DNA of 64,000 nt, taken from positions 506 through 64,505 of IMG/VR virus record IMGVR_UViG_3300042516_002489. The stretch is one strand, 5' to 3'. The stretch's first letter is position 1, and each line of letters opens with the position of its first letter. The translations under genes were made by a program, and so were the position numbers. The stretch comes from a virus. Lineage: Duplodnaviria > Caudoviricetes. Shown here in pieces: positions 10,798 through 20,840 of this stretch. Under the pieces are notes generated by a model. That model made no database searches. It was not told the DNA's origin and saw nothing but the letters and a program-made list of their open reading frames with translations.

Positions 10798-12591
10798 TTA
10801 TGCTTCGATGTAGGTCTTGCTTACCTTAACAGCAGTATCTGCGGCAGCAGCAGTAACCTGAAGAAGAACGTTGCCACCTGAGAAGACAGCATTTGTTGTT
10901 CCTAGTTCACCATTACTTTGTACATTAGCATATTCTGTTAAGTAAACATTGTTATCACCGTCTACAGCAACAAGTACTTCAATTACTTCAATGTTGCCAG
11001 ACTTTTTCATCTGAACAACATACTTAGCAGCAGAATATGTTGTTGCTGAGAATGTATCAATTGTTGTTGCTGAAGTTCCAGCAGTTGCAGTTGCAGATCC
11101 AACGAGAGCATCTGGTAGAGCAAGGCTGGTACCTGTTGCTGCTCCAATTTCTGGAGTAACAAGAGTTGGTGTATTAGAATATACTACAACTCCAGTTCCT
11201 GTCTCATCTGTAAGTACTCCTGCAAGTTCTGAAGATGTTGTTGCAGCAAGTGCTGAAATCTTACTTGTTGTATAAACACCATTTGTTACTGTTGCAGCAT
11301 TTCCTGTGTACTCTGTTGCTGATAGAACCTGAGTTCCAGCAATCTTTAATACTTTGCCAGAAGCAAGATCAAAGTGCTCTGAAGAGGTCCATGAGTCAGT
11401 CGCATCTACCCAGTTAAGAGTCTTATCTGTAGCACCCTTGAGAGTAATACCACCACCGTCAGCGCCTGCGTCTGTTGGTGTTGCTACTGAACCAAGTGTA
11501 AGGTTCTTGTCATCAACTGTGATTTCTGTTGAGTTAATTGTAGTTGTTGTACCATTAACTGTTAAGTCCCCTGAAAGAACCAAAGATGTACCAGTTGCAG
11601 CACCAATGTTTGGTGTTACAAGTGTTGGGGTATCAGCAAAAACAAGTGCTCCAGTACCAGTCTCATCAGAGATTACTGTACGAAGTTCTGCTGAAGTTGT
11701 TGCAGCAAAAACATCTAACTTGTTGTTTGTAAGAGCAACAGTACCTGTAGCATCTGGCAAAGTAATAGTCTTGTCAGATGTTGGGTCTGTAACTGTAAGT
11801 GTTGTTTCAAAGTCATTTGCTGTAGCACCTTCAAAAACAATTCCGTTTCCGTCTACTGCTGGAGAGGTAAGTGTTTTATTTGTAAGTGTCTGTGTGTCAG
11901 ATGTTCCAACTACTGAACCAGTTACACCGTGTACTCCTGTTGAAGCACCTGTGTGAGTTGTAAGGTCTCCAGATGAAGCCTTATCATTTAACTGTGTTTG
12001 AATTGCTGATGTTACACCGTCTACATAGTTAAGTTCTGTGGTTGAAAGTGTTGCTCCATCAAGAATGTTAAGTTCTGTTGAAGTTGCTAGAAGTGCAACA
12101 TCTTCATTGACCTTTGGTGATGTTAAAGTCTTGTTGGTAAGTGTCTGTGTGTTAGTTGTACCAACTACAGCACCAGTTGCTCCATGTGCTTCTGTAAGGT
12201 TTGCGTGTGTTGTAAGATCTGAAGTAAGTGCTACTGTTCCAGAAGCATCTGGAAGTGTGATTGTGCGGTCTGCTGTTGGGTCAGTTACTGCAAGTGTTGT
12301 TTCAAAATCATTTGCTGTAGATCCTTCAAACTCAATGCTTGTACCAAATACACCAACTGCTGCTGGTGCTTGCCACTCAACGCCGTATGTTGCACCTGAG
12401 TTTGCTGTAAGTACTTGACCGTTTGTACCAATGCCTAAACGAGCAACTGCATCGTCTGCGCTACCAACAATCAAATCACCTTTAGCGTCAACGACACCTG
12501 CTGTGATAATATTCTTTCCATTAACGGTTGCTGTTGATCCCTCAACAACTAATCCCGCTTTTACTCTAAAATCTTTTGTTACTGTTGCCAT
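10798..12591 (-). CDS. Long fibre-like virion protein
   Basis: 597 aa with repeated FEG.TA.DFETTL.VTDPT.D.TITLPDA.GTV and TQTLTNKTLTSP modules; KGDLIV..RLGIGTNGQVL motif. Confidence 0.7.
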   Translation of the reverse strand: MATVTKDFRVKAGLVVEGSTATVNGKNIITAGVVDAKGDLIVGSADDAVARLGIGTNGQVLTANSGATYGVEWQAPAAVGVFGTSIEFEGSTANDFETTLAVTDPTADRTITLPDASGTVALTSDLTTHANLTEAHGATGAVVGTTNTQTLTNKTLTSPKVNEDVALLATSTELNILDGATLSTTELNYVDGVTSAIQTQLNDKASSGDLTTHTGASTGVHGVTGSVVGTSDTQTLTNKTLTSPAVDGNGIVFEGATANDFETTLTVTDPTSDKTITLPDATGTVALTNNKLDVFAATTSAELRTVISDETGTGALVFADTPTLVTPNIGAATGTSLVLSGDLTVNGTTTTINSTEITVDDKNLTLGSVATPTDAGADGGGITLKGATDKTLNWVDATDSWTSSEHFDLASGKVLKIAGTQVLSATEYTGNAATVTNGVYTTSKISALAATTSSELAGVLTDETGTGVVVYSNTPTLVTPEIGAATGTSLALPDALVGSATATAGTSATTIDTFSATTYSAAKYVVQMKKSGNIEVIEVLVAVDGDNNVYLTEYANVQSNGELGTTNAVFSGGNVLLQVTAAAADTAVKVSKTYIEA

Positions 12592-12604
12592 TTTATCTCC
12601 TTAG

Positions 12605-13051
12605 TTAAGCCTTTAACCCAATACGCAAATAGCGTAAGGTTATCGGGGTTTGCCCACCCACTGGAACTACAGTTAGCGAAACTGTATCTCCTGCTCTAGA
12701 CACGGAGATGGTGCCAATATTCCCATCATTGTCTACTGTTCCATATTCACTGACGCTTACATCTGTATTGTCAGGAACAATGGTTAATTCTGTGGCCCAG
12801 TATTTATTTGCGCCTCCAGAAGTCTTTTTAATTGAGACCAGGTATTTTACGGATCTCCACTCGCTTGCTAAAAAGTTATCAAAGATTGTTGAGTTTTCAA
12901 TGCCGTTAATTGTAACTTCATTGTTACCATCTGAACCAAGGTCTGTTGATCTTGCAGAGGTGCTATCAATTAAGTCCTCATAGTTTTCTTGAGTTGGACG
13001 GTCTCCAGTCTGAAACAGAGACTTGATGCTTGAGATTGATAATTTAGCCAT
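12605..13051 (-). CDS. Virion protein resembling the C-terminal domain of the 10798 gene
   Basis: FQTGDRPTQENYEDLIDS N-terminus; SVKYLV...SEYG matches AAKYVV...TEYA of its neighbour. Confidence 0.6.
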   Translation of the reverse strand: MAKLSISSIKSLFQTGDRPTQENYEDLIDSTSARSTDLGSDGNNEVTINGIENSTIFDNFLASEWRSVKYLVSIKKTSGGANKYWATELTIVPDNTDVSVSEYGTVDNDGNIGTISVSRAGDTVSLTVVPVGGQTPITLRYLRIGLKA

Positions 13052-13072
13052 GTTTGAATTATATCATACATT

Positions 13073-13294
13073 TTAAAGTATATAGTTAGAGAAACCGATA
13101 ACCTGTAAGGGGATTGCTGGAACATTGCCTATAGATGTTGGTATCTGTATTGCAGTAAATCTAATTCTAAATGGTAGGATCGAATCTATGCTTACCCCCC
13201 GATTTGGCTGGGTAATTTCTACATTTGGAAAAGATACTTTTTCAATAACTTTTGCAAAAATTGGAGTATTGTTATTTATAACAACTGATGCCAT
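13073..13294 (-). CDS. Hypothetical protein
   Basis: 73 aa, translationally coupled to the upstream gene. Confidence 0.6.
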   Translation of the reverse strand: MASVVINNNTPIFAKVIEKVSFPNVEITQPNRGVSIDSILPFRIRFTAIQIPTSIGNVPAIPLQVIGFSNYIL

Positions 13295-13707
13295 TAGTTT
13301 GTAACATCCTCAAGGAGAGTAATCTTCCCTTGAGCAACTGTCCAAACAAGTGTGTTCTGTGGAAGGCGTAATTCAATATCAAAAATGTCATTTGTTTGCA
13401 ACTGTGCGGTTTGTGCAGCAGTTAGGTTAACTTTAAATTCACCATCGTTATCTTCTAAATCTTGTGACGGAGTAATCGAAAAAATTAAAGTTGCAGTGTC
13501 TGTAATTACTTGAGGGTTAACTGGAGTTGTTGGTCTTTTAAATTCCGCCTCGATAGTCCAGTCAGGGATATTTAAAGGTTGTTTAGCATCATCTGTTAGA
13601 TAAATTCTAAAAGAGGCTGTGTCTCCCTTTACAATAGTCCAATTAACAAATGGTGGCGCTTCGCCAATATCGTATGTAGATGCACCTTGTCCTCTATATG
13701 TTGCCAT
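13294..13707 (-). CDS. Virion protein (BppU-N-like Ig fold)
   Basis: WTIVKGDT...FDIEL...TVAQGKITL..DVT; same family as the 18909 and 20114 genes. Confidence 0.6.
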   Translation of the reverse strand: MATYRGQGASTYDIGEAPPFVNWTIVKGDTASFRIYLTDDAKQPLNIPDWTIEAEFKRPTTPVNPQVITDTATLIFSITPSQDLEDNDGEFKVNLTAAQTAQLQTNDIFDIELRLPQNTLVWTVAQGKITLLEDVTN

Positions 13708-14237
13708 TATGCCAAACCTGCTTTCAATGATCCCCAGGTGCCATTGCCCTTTGGTTGACCAACTAGTAATATTCCAGCAGAAGAACTTTTCTTTGCAACT
13801 ATTGCTACTGCCCCAGATCCTGCGGTTGGCTGAGTAGCAGTAAGACCTCCTGTGGTTCCAACATATAAAATATTTCCAGCCTCATAAGAGTTTGTGTTAA
13901 TTGATGAAAATACTCCAGAAATAACAACTACGCCATCATTGGTGTTTGCAATTGCTGCTTGTGCTAAACCAATTACTGGAAATGTTGCAAGGTTGGTAGA
14001 AACACTTTTTGCTACTGTTGGTTTAGATGTTCCAAATCCAGAAATATAAACTGGATCCCCCTTAGCAATACTTACACCGCTACTATTTGTAACTTCTATT
14101 GTTTGATATGGAAGTCCTAGTGTTGGAAGTATTAATTCTAGTTGTTCTGCTAATGATTGAATATCCTCATGTACATTTACCTGATCGGAAAGTACTGGGT
14201 ATGGAAGATCATATATTGGAGTTACACCTGTAGCCAT
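13707..14237 (-). CDS. Virion protein
   Basis: Start better at ATG 14237 (MATGVTPIYDLPYP), which follows TGGTATAAT and an AGGA RBS. Confidence 0.6.
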   Translation of the reverse strand: MATGVTPIYDLPYPVLSDQVNVHEDIQSLAEQLELILPTLGLPYQTIEVTNSSGVSIAKGDPVYISGFGTSKPTVAKSVSTNLATFPVIGLAQAAIANTNDGVVVISGVFSSINTNSYEAGNILYVGTTGGLTATQPTAGSGAVAIVAKKSSSAGILLVGQPKGNGTWGSLKAGLA

Positions 14238-14383
14238 AGTCCTTCTATTATACCACTTTGAATTATAACAAATAGATAACAATAATAAAAAAAATATCAA
14301 AAGTTTGCTTTTGAGGGCTAAAACATGTTATACTTGTACTATGCTACCGCAGGGTAGCAATTTTGCTCTAGGAGGTTTATATT

Positions 14384-14956
14384 ATGAGAAGAGACAAAAT
14401 GGCTTGGATTGGAATCCTATCATTAGTTGGAATGATTGCACCTATATCAAATTCTGCTAATGCGCTAACTAATACAACTGAAAATAATTTATTGAGTAAT
14501 AAGACCTTGACTACCCCTGCCGACCCTAAGTCGGTTTTTTTGGTTTCTAAGCCAAAAAAAGTCATGGTATTAGAAAAGTACAAGAATGCACATTCTTTGA
14601 CTGACTACGACTTGGTTCAATTATTGAAGGCTGTAGGTTTTACTGGGAAAGGTTTAAAGACCGCTTGGGCTGTAGCCAAGGCGGAGTCAAACGGAAGACC
14701 TTTTGCTTTTAATGGCAACATAAAAACTGGAGACAGTTCTTACGGGGTATTTCAAATAAATATGATTGGGGATCTAGGACCTGATCGTAGAGATAAGTTT
14801 GACCTAGATGCTAATGCTGAGTTGTTTAGCCCTGTCAAAAATGCAGAGATTGTATTTCATATGACTAAGGGTGGAACGGACTGGAAGTCTTGGAAATATG
14901 CCAAGACCGCACCTGTTCAAAGATGGCTAAAAAAGTTCCCTAGCCAACACGCTTAA
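14384..14956 (+). CDS. Secreted lysozyme-like / lytic transglycosylase protein
   Basis: N-terminal signal peptide; AVAKAESNG and SYGVFQIN lysozyme-fold motifs; own promoter and AGGAGG RBS. Confidence 0.8.
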   Translation: MRRDKMAWIGILSLVGMIAPISNSANALTNTTENNLLSNKTLTTPADPKSVFLVSKPKKVMVLEKYKNAHSLTDYDLVQLLKAVGFTGKGLKTAWAVAKAESNGRPFAFNGNIKTGDSSYGVFQINMIGDLGPDRRDKFDLDANAELFSPVKNAEIVFHMTKGGTDWKSWKYAKTAPVQRWLKKFPSQHA

Positions 14957-14965
14957 AGATAAAAA

Positions 14966-14999
14966 ATAACCCCTACTTTAATTAGTAGGGGTATTTTTT
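14966..14999. terminator. Bidirectional terminator between convergent genes
   Basis: ACCCCTACT...AGTAGGGGT hairpin flanked by A and T tracts. Confidence 0.7.
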
Positions 15000-15713
15000 T
15001 TATTTATATTCTTTATTTTGTCTAAATTGAAATTTATAGGAATCAAAAATTTTTGTTTTTAATTTTTTTGTTGCTTTGACGTGCTCTTCAATATTTTTAT
15101 CATTTCCTATTGACATTTTCCAAGAATCTCTTTTAATTGGAATGACTTGCGCTATTGGTGTTCCTGCAGGAATTAACCCTTCAAAATTTTTATCATTTAT
15201 AACAAAAGGAAAGTTTACTGGACTCACATATTCGTCTGTATCAACAAACCCAGGGAAAATAGTAAAAACTGATTCTCTGTGTGCTGGAGGGATAAAAAAA
15301 GTTGAATACCCTTTTGGGGTTTTGATTGCCCATGGATTGATCCATTTTGGATAAGGAAATCCGTTATATGATGGATGGTTTGGTGCTTGCACTGTACCAT
15401 GAAACTCTACTGGAGTAACTCCACCTGGCCATTCATAACCATGAAATTGTGTTCCATTTTCATCATATTTTTTGCTAACCCAAACATCTGTAAAAGTTGT
15501 TATTATATATCCAGCAGTTATGGAATCAAAAACTGGCATACATCTTTTTATTGTTCCAGTTGTAACGCCAAGCCCAGTTGGTTTTTTTTCATCACCAACA
15601 TATGAAGCAATTTCTTTATACCAATTTGGAATAAAATGAGATGATGGTTTGGGTTCATTTAAATCTGCAACGTCCGCTACTTTTGTAAAAGTTATGTTCA
15701 TGTTTCCCCACAT
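15000..15713 (-). CDS. Hypothetical protein, family present three times in the window (dUTPase-like fold suspected)
   Basis: KRCMP..D....GY, KTPKGYS and IPAGTPIAQVIP motifs shared with the 36426 and 41607 genes. Confidence 0.65.
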   Translation of the reverse strand: MWGNMNITFTKVADVADLNEPKPSSHFIPNWYKEIASYVGDEKKPTGLGVTTGTIKRCMPVFDSITAGYIITTFTDVWVSKKYDENGTQFHGYEWPGGVTPVEFHGTVQAPNHPSYNGFPYPKWINPWAIKTPKGYSTFFIPPAHRESVFTIFPGFVDTDEYVSPVNFPFVINDKNFEGLIPAGTPIAQVIPIKRDSWKMSIGNDKNIEEHVKATKKLKTKIFDSYKFQFRQNKEYK

Positions 15714-15785
15714 TCTATAAACAAGTATAACACAACCTACAGAAATTACACAATTATAAAATATTGTTTTTGTCTATTTTATATT

Positions 15786-16010
15786 TTATTCAGGTATAAC
15801 TTCAGGCTCGTCCTCAGGAACAACTGCATTTGGATCAATGAATTCATTGAGTTGATATAAAAATCCAACTTGTGCAATATCACTTTCAATAATTTCATCA
15901 TAAGAAAATGTTTCTTTGACTTCGTTTAACAATTCTTCACTTGGTAAATCAAAGATAAGAACATTTACAACATTTTCACCTTGAATACAAGCATACGGTT
16001 TTGCTGCCAT
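15786..16010 (-). CDS. Small acidic protein accompanying the Gly-rich virion protein
   Basis: MAAKPYACIQGENVVNV...; directly downstream of the 16013 gene. Confidence 0.6.
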   Translation of the reverse strand: MAAKPYACIQGENVVNVLIFDLPSEELLNEVKETFSYDEIIESDIAQVGFLYQLNEFIDPNAVVPEDEPEVIPE

Positions 16011-16012
16011 TT

Positions 16013-17122
16013 TTATTTCTTCTCCCAAACAATAACTCTACCTGGTGCACCTGCGCCACCAGCACCGCCAGGACCGTTAGACTGTCCCCAGCCTCCTCCT
16101 GCAAGACCGCCACCGCCACCGCCGCCGCCTCCGCCTGATGGCTGAACTCCTACTTCTCCTGCTGCACCGCCGCTTGCGCCACCGCTATCTCCGTTTACGT
16201 TTTGGTTTCCGGAACCACCGCCACCGCCTGCTGCGCCATTTGGTGCTCCTGCAGTACCGCCACCACCGCCACCTGATCCACCAGGGCTAAATCTAACTGC
16301 ACCAGATCCACCGCCACCACCGCCACCACCGAAGTTATAGGCTGTTGTATTAAGACCTGCTCCAGTTAGGGCTATGTTTGTACCAGCGTTGCCTGCACCG
16401 CCAGTTTGTCCTGGGTTATTATTTCCTAGCGCTCTTGCTGCACCGCTTCCGCCATTTCCACCAGCATTAACAGTAACTTTTCCACTTGCATTTCCAGTAC
16501 CGTCAGATACTAAAAATGTTCCAAATGAACTGTTTCCATTTGCTGCTGCAACTGTTGCAACAATGTTTGTACCTGAGTTAAGTGCATTAACAAATCCTGC
16601 TGATGCTGTTCCTCCAGCACCTCCAGCACCGCCAGTTGATCCTGGACCGTTACCAGTATTTCCAGAAGTACCAGTCTTACCACCAGCAAAGGTGAAAACT
16701 GCCAACTGGCTAATTGCAGAAGGAACTGTATAGGTAGCCGTTGAATTATATGTTTGTGCTAGTTGATATGTGAATGCAATTGCTGTAAATCCTGCAGATT
16801 CTGGACCGTATGGACTAGTTGCAGTTGCGTTTGTTGCGCTTACTTTAAAAGTATAGGAAGTTCCTGCTGTCAAACCAGTCACAGTAAGTGGGCTGCTTGC
16901 TCCAGTAGCAGTAAAGTTTCCTGGTGTGCTAATAACTGTATAAGATGCTGCTGCTCCACCTGTTGGTGCTGGTGTAAAAGCAACTTGTGCTCCTAGGTCT
17001 ATAAGAGTTACAGATGAAACCGTTGGCGCATCTGGAACATCTAGGGCTGGCGTATTTGCAGCCATTACTTGATTATATTTTGCTCCAGTTAATCCTGAGT
17101 TACTAGCACGTCTAATTGCCAT
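16013..17122 (-). CDS. Fibronectin type III + glycine-rich virion protein
   Basis: PDAPT...FTP...YTV...LTVTGLTAGTSYTFKVSATN FN3 signature followed by a GGGGG-rich domain. Confidence 0.85.
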   Translation of the reverse strand: MAIRRASNSGLTGAKYNQVMAANTPALDVPDAPTVSSVTLIDLGAQVAFTPAPTGGAAASYTVISTPGNFTATGASSPLTVTGLTAGTSYTFKVSATNATATSPYGPESAGFTAIAFTYQLAQTYNSTATYTVPSAISQLAVFTFAGGKTGTSGNTGNGPGSTGGAGGAGGTASAGFVNALNSGTNIVATVAAANGNSSFGTFLVSDGTGNASGKVTVNAGGNGGSGAARALGNNNPGQTGGAGNAGTNIALTGAGLNTTAYNFGGGGGGGGSGAVRFSPGGSGGGGGGTAGAPNGAAGGGGGSGNQNVNGDSGGASGGAAGEVGVQPSGGGGGGGGGGLAGGGWGQSNGPGGAGGAGAPGRVIVWEKK

Positions 17123-17451
17123 TATGAAATCTCACTTCCAAATGCTGAGAATGAAAGGTTTGCTGTTGATGCAAATACACGCAAATCTGAGCCTGATTCC
17201 ATTGTTATTCCCAATGTCAGTGCTGTTGTGTCATTTGCGGCTACAGTTGCTCCATAAACAATCCAGTTTTTTGCTCCTGTTGATGATTCACCAGTTTTAC
17301 GAATTGCTACTCTGTATGTTGCAGAAGTTCCTGCTTGATTACAAATTGTTAGTGTTGATACTACCGCTGCTGCACCTGAAGGTGCGTAGAGGGATGTTTC
17401 TGTTGTAGCGCTTGGTGCTGCTTGTGCTAGAACTTTATATGCTGTTGGCAT
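17122..17451 (-). CDS. Small virion protein
   Basis: 109 aa, strong RBS AGGAG, coupled to the FN3 gene. Confidence 0.65.
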   Translation of the reverse strand: MPTAYKVLAQAAPSATTETSLYAPSGAAAVVSTLTICNQAGTSATYRVAIRKTGESSTGAKNWIVYGATVAANDTTALTLGITMESGSDLRVFASTANLSFSAFGSEIS

Positions 17452-17573
17452 CTTGAATCTCCTTTGTCATAGATATTTTACCACATTATTATGTATGGAT
17501 AACATAAAAATGAGGTCATTTTTATTGCTTTTCATACGTTCATAGTATATCATAATTTATACTATTCATCTTA

Positions 17574-18314
17574 TTACATTCCACCAAGCATAAATACCGT
17601 TGCAAGAGGATCGCTTTCAACTGTAGTCCATCTAACGCCAGTAGAGGTTGATTGAAGATACTGGCCATCAGTTCCAACAGAAGAGTCTGCAGTTAGCGTA
17701 CCTGTTAGTATTGCTGAAGATAGTGTTTTATTTGTTAGTGTGTCAGTCGTTGCTTTACCAACAAGTGTATCTGTTGCGTCTGGAAGTGTAATAGTTCTTG
17801 CTGTAGTAAAAAGGGTAGAAATAGTTCCAGTGACTCCAGTGGTTCCTCCAACACTAAACTGTAAAACTTTTGTTGCATCTGAATTATCTATAATGGTTGT
17901 AGTTGAGTCTGAAAGTTTTTTATTTGTAAAAGTGTTTGTACTTGTTGCTGTTACTTCTGGGACAGCCCATTCAAGTCCTGTAGTCGTTGCAGAGTTTGCT
18001 GTAAGCACTCTTCCATTTGCTCCAACAGACAAAATTGACAGTGTGTCATTTGCTGAAGCAGAAAGAATATCTCCTTTTGCTGCAAAGTCTGTTTGTTTTA
18101 TTGTACTTCCTGTGTCTAAAGCAGTTATTTGACTTTGAAGACTATTTATTGTGTAGGCAATTGATGGATTTATAAGGTTTGCAGCGCTTGTTTCTGCTGT
18201 ATCAAAGGTATAGGATCCATAATGATATACTCTAAGGGCAGCCTGTATATCTGCTTGATCTGAAAGACTTGGAATTTTTGTTGGTACTAAAGTTCCTATT
18301 GGTTCTGCTGCCAT
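17574..18314 (-). CDS. Fibre-like virion protein
   Basis: KGDILSA...VGANGRVL and TDTLTNKTL modules shared with the 10798 gene. Confidence 0.65.
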   Translation of the reverse strand: MAAEPIGTLVPTKIPSLSDQADIQAALRVYHYGSYTFDTAETSAANLINPSIAYTINSLQSQITALDTGSTIKQTDFAAKGDILSASANDTLSILSVGANGRVLTANSATTTGLEWAVPEVTATSTNTFTNKKLSDSTTTIIDNSDATKVLQFSVGGTTGVTGTISTLFTTARTITLPDATDTLVGKATTDTLTNKTLSSAILTGTLTADSSVGTDGQYLQSTSTGVRWTTVESDPLATVFMLGGM

Positions 18315-18345
18315 GTATTCACCTCATCAAAATTATACCACAGTA

Positions 18346-18909
18346 TCATAATACTATTGATATAAATAGATGTATAGTTACCTCTCCAGTCAGATTTGAC
18401 CAAGTTCCACTAACAGACTTAACAGCATTAAAATTAACGACAAGGTTTGTTCCTGAGCCAGCCAGTGCTGGGATTTCCATAGAAGATGCGACAGGATCTG
18501 TGCCAATAATACTATACTGAACTAAAAAATTATTTGCTGTTAAAGGTGTTCCAGAAACTGTAACTATGTTAGAAATTGGTATTGTAATGCTTCCCTCGCC
18601 ATTTGTAAAAGTTGCAGCATGACGTTTTGAGTATAGTGTTGGATTTATTCTTAAAACTTGAATCCAGACATTACCACCAGGCTCTGAAACATATTGATAT
18701 AAATATCCATAGTCTGTTCCTGGAGAGGTATTTATGTACAAATCATTTAACCTAATTGTTTGTCCAATTTCTACAGAGTTTGGATCTCCAACACCAACAA
18801 AAATTTGACTTCCACGAGTTCCTTGTGGACCAATGTCAACCAATAGTTCAACAACTTCTGGTGGACCAAGAACTGTAATGTCATCATTACTCAATAACAC
18901 ATCAGGCAT
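18346..18909 (-). CDS. Virion protein
   Basis: GPQGTRGS..FVG.GDP motif; structural context. Confidence 0.6.
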   Translation of the reverse strand: MPDVLLSNDDITVLGPPEVVELLVDIGPQGTRGSQIFVGVGDPNSVEIGQTIRLNDLYINTSPGTDYGYLYQYVSEPGGNVWIQVLRINPTLYSKRHAATFTNGEGSITIPISNIVTVSGTPLTANNFLVQYSIIGTDPVASSMEIPALAGSGTNLVVNFNAVKSVSGTWSNLTGEVTIHLFISIVL

Positions 18910-19265
18910 TAAACTGCACCAGTAATATCATCTGTAACGGAGATTGTACCAGTTAAGAGTGTGTATATCTGAATGCCATTATCTATTTGAACATCGTATA
19001 CATATGAGCCTGGATCAAGTTCTCTGCCACCTGTAGGGGTGATTGTGCATGTAACAAGGTCATTTGCTTCATCAACTACCGCCTCAATTCCCTGTGCGTC
19101 AGAGTACTGGGTTGCGCCTGCACCTCGTGCTGTTGCAATTGTAAAGACCGCATTATAGTCTGTCAAGTCAAAAGATGATGCATCGTTTGCATTTTTTGGA
19201 CGGGCTACAAATTGAGCAGTGTCACCACGGTAATAACTAAAATTATATGTACTTGGAAATGTCAT
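18909..19265 (-). CDS. Virion protein (BppU-N-like)
   Basis: YRGDT...YVYDVQI...LLTGTISV..DIT. Confidence 0.6.
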   Translation of the reverse strand: MTFPSTYNFSYYRGDTAQFVARPKNANDASSFDLTDYNAVFTIATARGAGATQYSDAQGIEAVVDEANDLVTCTITPTGGRELDPGSYVYDVQIDNGIQIYTLLTGTISVTDDITGAV

Positions 19266-19291
19266 TAATATCCTCCTGATCCATTATACCA

Positions 19292-20026
19292 CTAAGAGAC
19301 TGATATATACATACCCTTGAGTATAATAGTACTTTCATTATCTGCCCTTGCCTGAATTATTGCACCCTCTGATTTGATTTTTGAAAGATCTATATACAAG
19401 GTTTGATTAATAGACATTTCATAAGGATATTTATACTTGAGCATTCCTACATAGTGTGTTGGAGAATCTATCTTTGGTGTATATGTTCTCATCCATGCTT
19501 CTGTATTATTGGTATCCGTATCCAGTATAATGTCATATCTTATATCTACTTTTGTGCCTACCTTCAATTGCTTAAAGTTAATTCTTTGAATGCTAGAATT
19601 CCATAAAGATACAGACCCTACTGGAAGAAACTTTAAAACGTTGTTGTCCTCATCATCGTCCATCAAAATATTTACCCAACCATCATCTCCTCTATCTGGT
19701 CCAAGAAGTATTGGTTTTTTATTTTTATTTTCATAGTATGCCCATCCTGGATATTGACCAGATGGACTTTCATAACCTTCTCCTCCACCACGTCCAGGTT
19801 CACCTTTAGGTCCTTGTGGACCTTCTTTCCCTTCTTTTCCTGGAATACCTCTTTCGCCTTGAATTCCTTGTGGGCCTGCTGGGCCTTGTGGACCAACTTC
19901 GCCTTTTTCACCTTGAATTCCTGGAACAGCAACGTATTCGGTATGTGGCAAGTTTATATTTTTGATTGACTGAACTGCATCTGCATATCTTTGTTTTGGA
20001 GCATCCATATTTTTTGATATGGCCAT
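19292..20026 (-). CDS. Collagen-like (Gly-X-Y) repeat protein
   Basis: Run of consecutive GXY triplets ([19 protein letters not shown]...). Confidence 0.85.
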   Translation of the reverse strand: MAISKNMDAPKQRYADAVQSIKNINLPHTEYVAVPGIQGEKGEVGPQGPAGPQGIQGERGIPGKEGKEGPQGPKGEPGRGGGEGYESPSGQYPGWAYYENKNKKPILLGPDRGDDGWVNILMDDDEDNNVLKFLPVGSVSLWNSSIQRINFKQLKVGTKVDIRYDIILDTDTNNTEAWMRTYTPKIDSPTHYVGMLKYKYPYEMSINQTLYIDLSKIKSEGAIIQARADNESTIILKGMYISVS

Positions 20027-20113
20027 GGACTATTTCTTTACTTTAAAAATAGTACCGTTAACTTTGATTAGTGGTGGAAGTTTTGTATTTGTATCTTTAA
20101 TTTTAATTATCAT

Positions 20114-20530
20114 TTAAGATACCCCACCCAAAGTATTTCTTGTAGTGCTTGGAGAAACATCACCCAATACACAAATTGTCCCTACTACTGGAGTCCAGGT
20201 GATTGTAGACATTCCATCTGGCACTATAGCCTGCAGATCAAAAAATAACTCTGCTACTACTGATTTATATTTTGTTCCCCAATTTTCTGTTACAGATGCT
20301 GGGGCGCTGACTGTTACAGTGGCACCGTCAATAGAAACATCTAGTTCGTCAAGAACGTCTGTGGTTGGATCATAGGCTGTAGCAGCAAAAGCCCAGCCAA
20401 CTGTGTCAAATTCTGTAATTTCATCATTTTCAAGAAATGAAACTGTAAAAGATGCATAGTCTCCACGAACAACAGTCCATTGTATATTTGCGGGGGTTGC
20501 CCCAAACTTCTCTATTGTAGGTGAGCACAT
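20114..20530 (-). CDS. Virion protein (BppU-N-like)
   Basis: WTVVRGD...FDLQ...GTICVLGDV; paralog of the 13294 gene. Confidence 0.6.
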   Translation of the reverse strand: MCSPTIEKFGATPANIQWTVVRGDYASFTVSFLENDEITEFDTVGWAFAATAYDPTTDVLDELDVSIDGATVTVSAPASVTENWGTKYKSVVAELFFDLQAIVPDGMSTITWTPVVGTICVLGDVSPSTTRNTLGGVS

Positions 20531-20555
20531 ATCATTGATTATACCATAAAATAAG

Positions 20556-20605
20556 GCTAGACACCCAAGCGCAGTGGGGTGGGGGTAGCAACTTGGGTGC
20601 TAGCA
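20556..20605 (-). ncRNA. Candidate hairpin sRNA with C-rich loop
   Basis: GCTAGCACCCAAG...CTTGGGTGTCTAGC stem, loop containing CCCCCACCCC, TATAAT at 20611-20616 just upstream on the minus strand. Confidence 0.45.
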
Positions 20606-20840
20606 TTAAGATTATATCTGATTATTTTAAAAAAGAGCCAGAGTATACGATGATTATAACAAATAGTTATACAATTAATATTGTTATAAAAGAGTTATAA
20701 ATAGATATATACCATATGTCCGTTTTATCTGTATTGTCCAGAGTATTGATAGTGTATACTTAAAATATATAAAGAAAAGAATATACTGTAAAAAGGTTTT
20801 TAGATATTAAGTATATTATATATAAGGAAAAAGGAAAACT

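Noticed and set aside
419-20375. Plus-strand ORF-track entries opposite the structural genes (e.g. 11354, 12038, 16374, 17740)
   Set aside because: Antisense shadows of Thr/Gly/Ala-rich genes without RBS or recognisable motifs; only 14384 is credible.
20575-20597. G-quadruplex on the plus strand
   Set aside because: Only three G runs; better explained as the C-rich loop hairpin on the minus strand.
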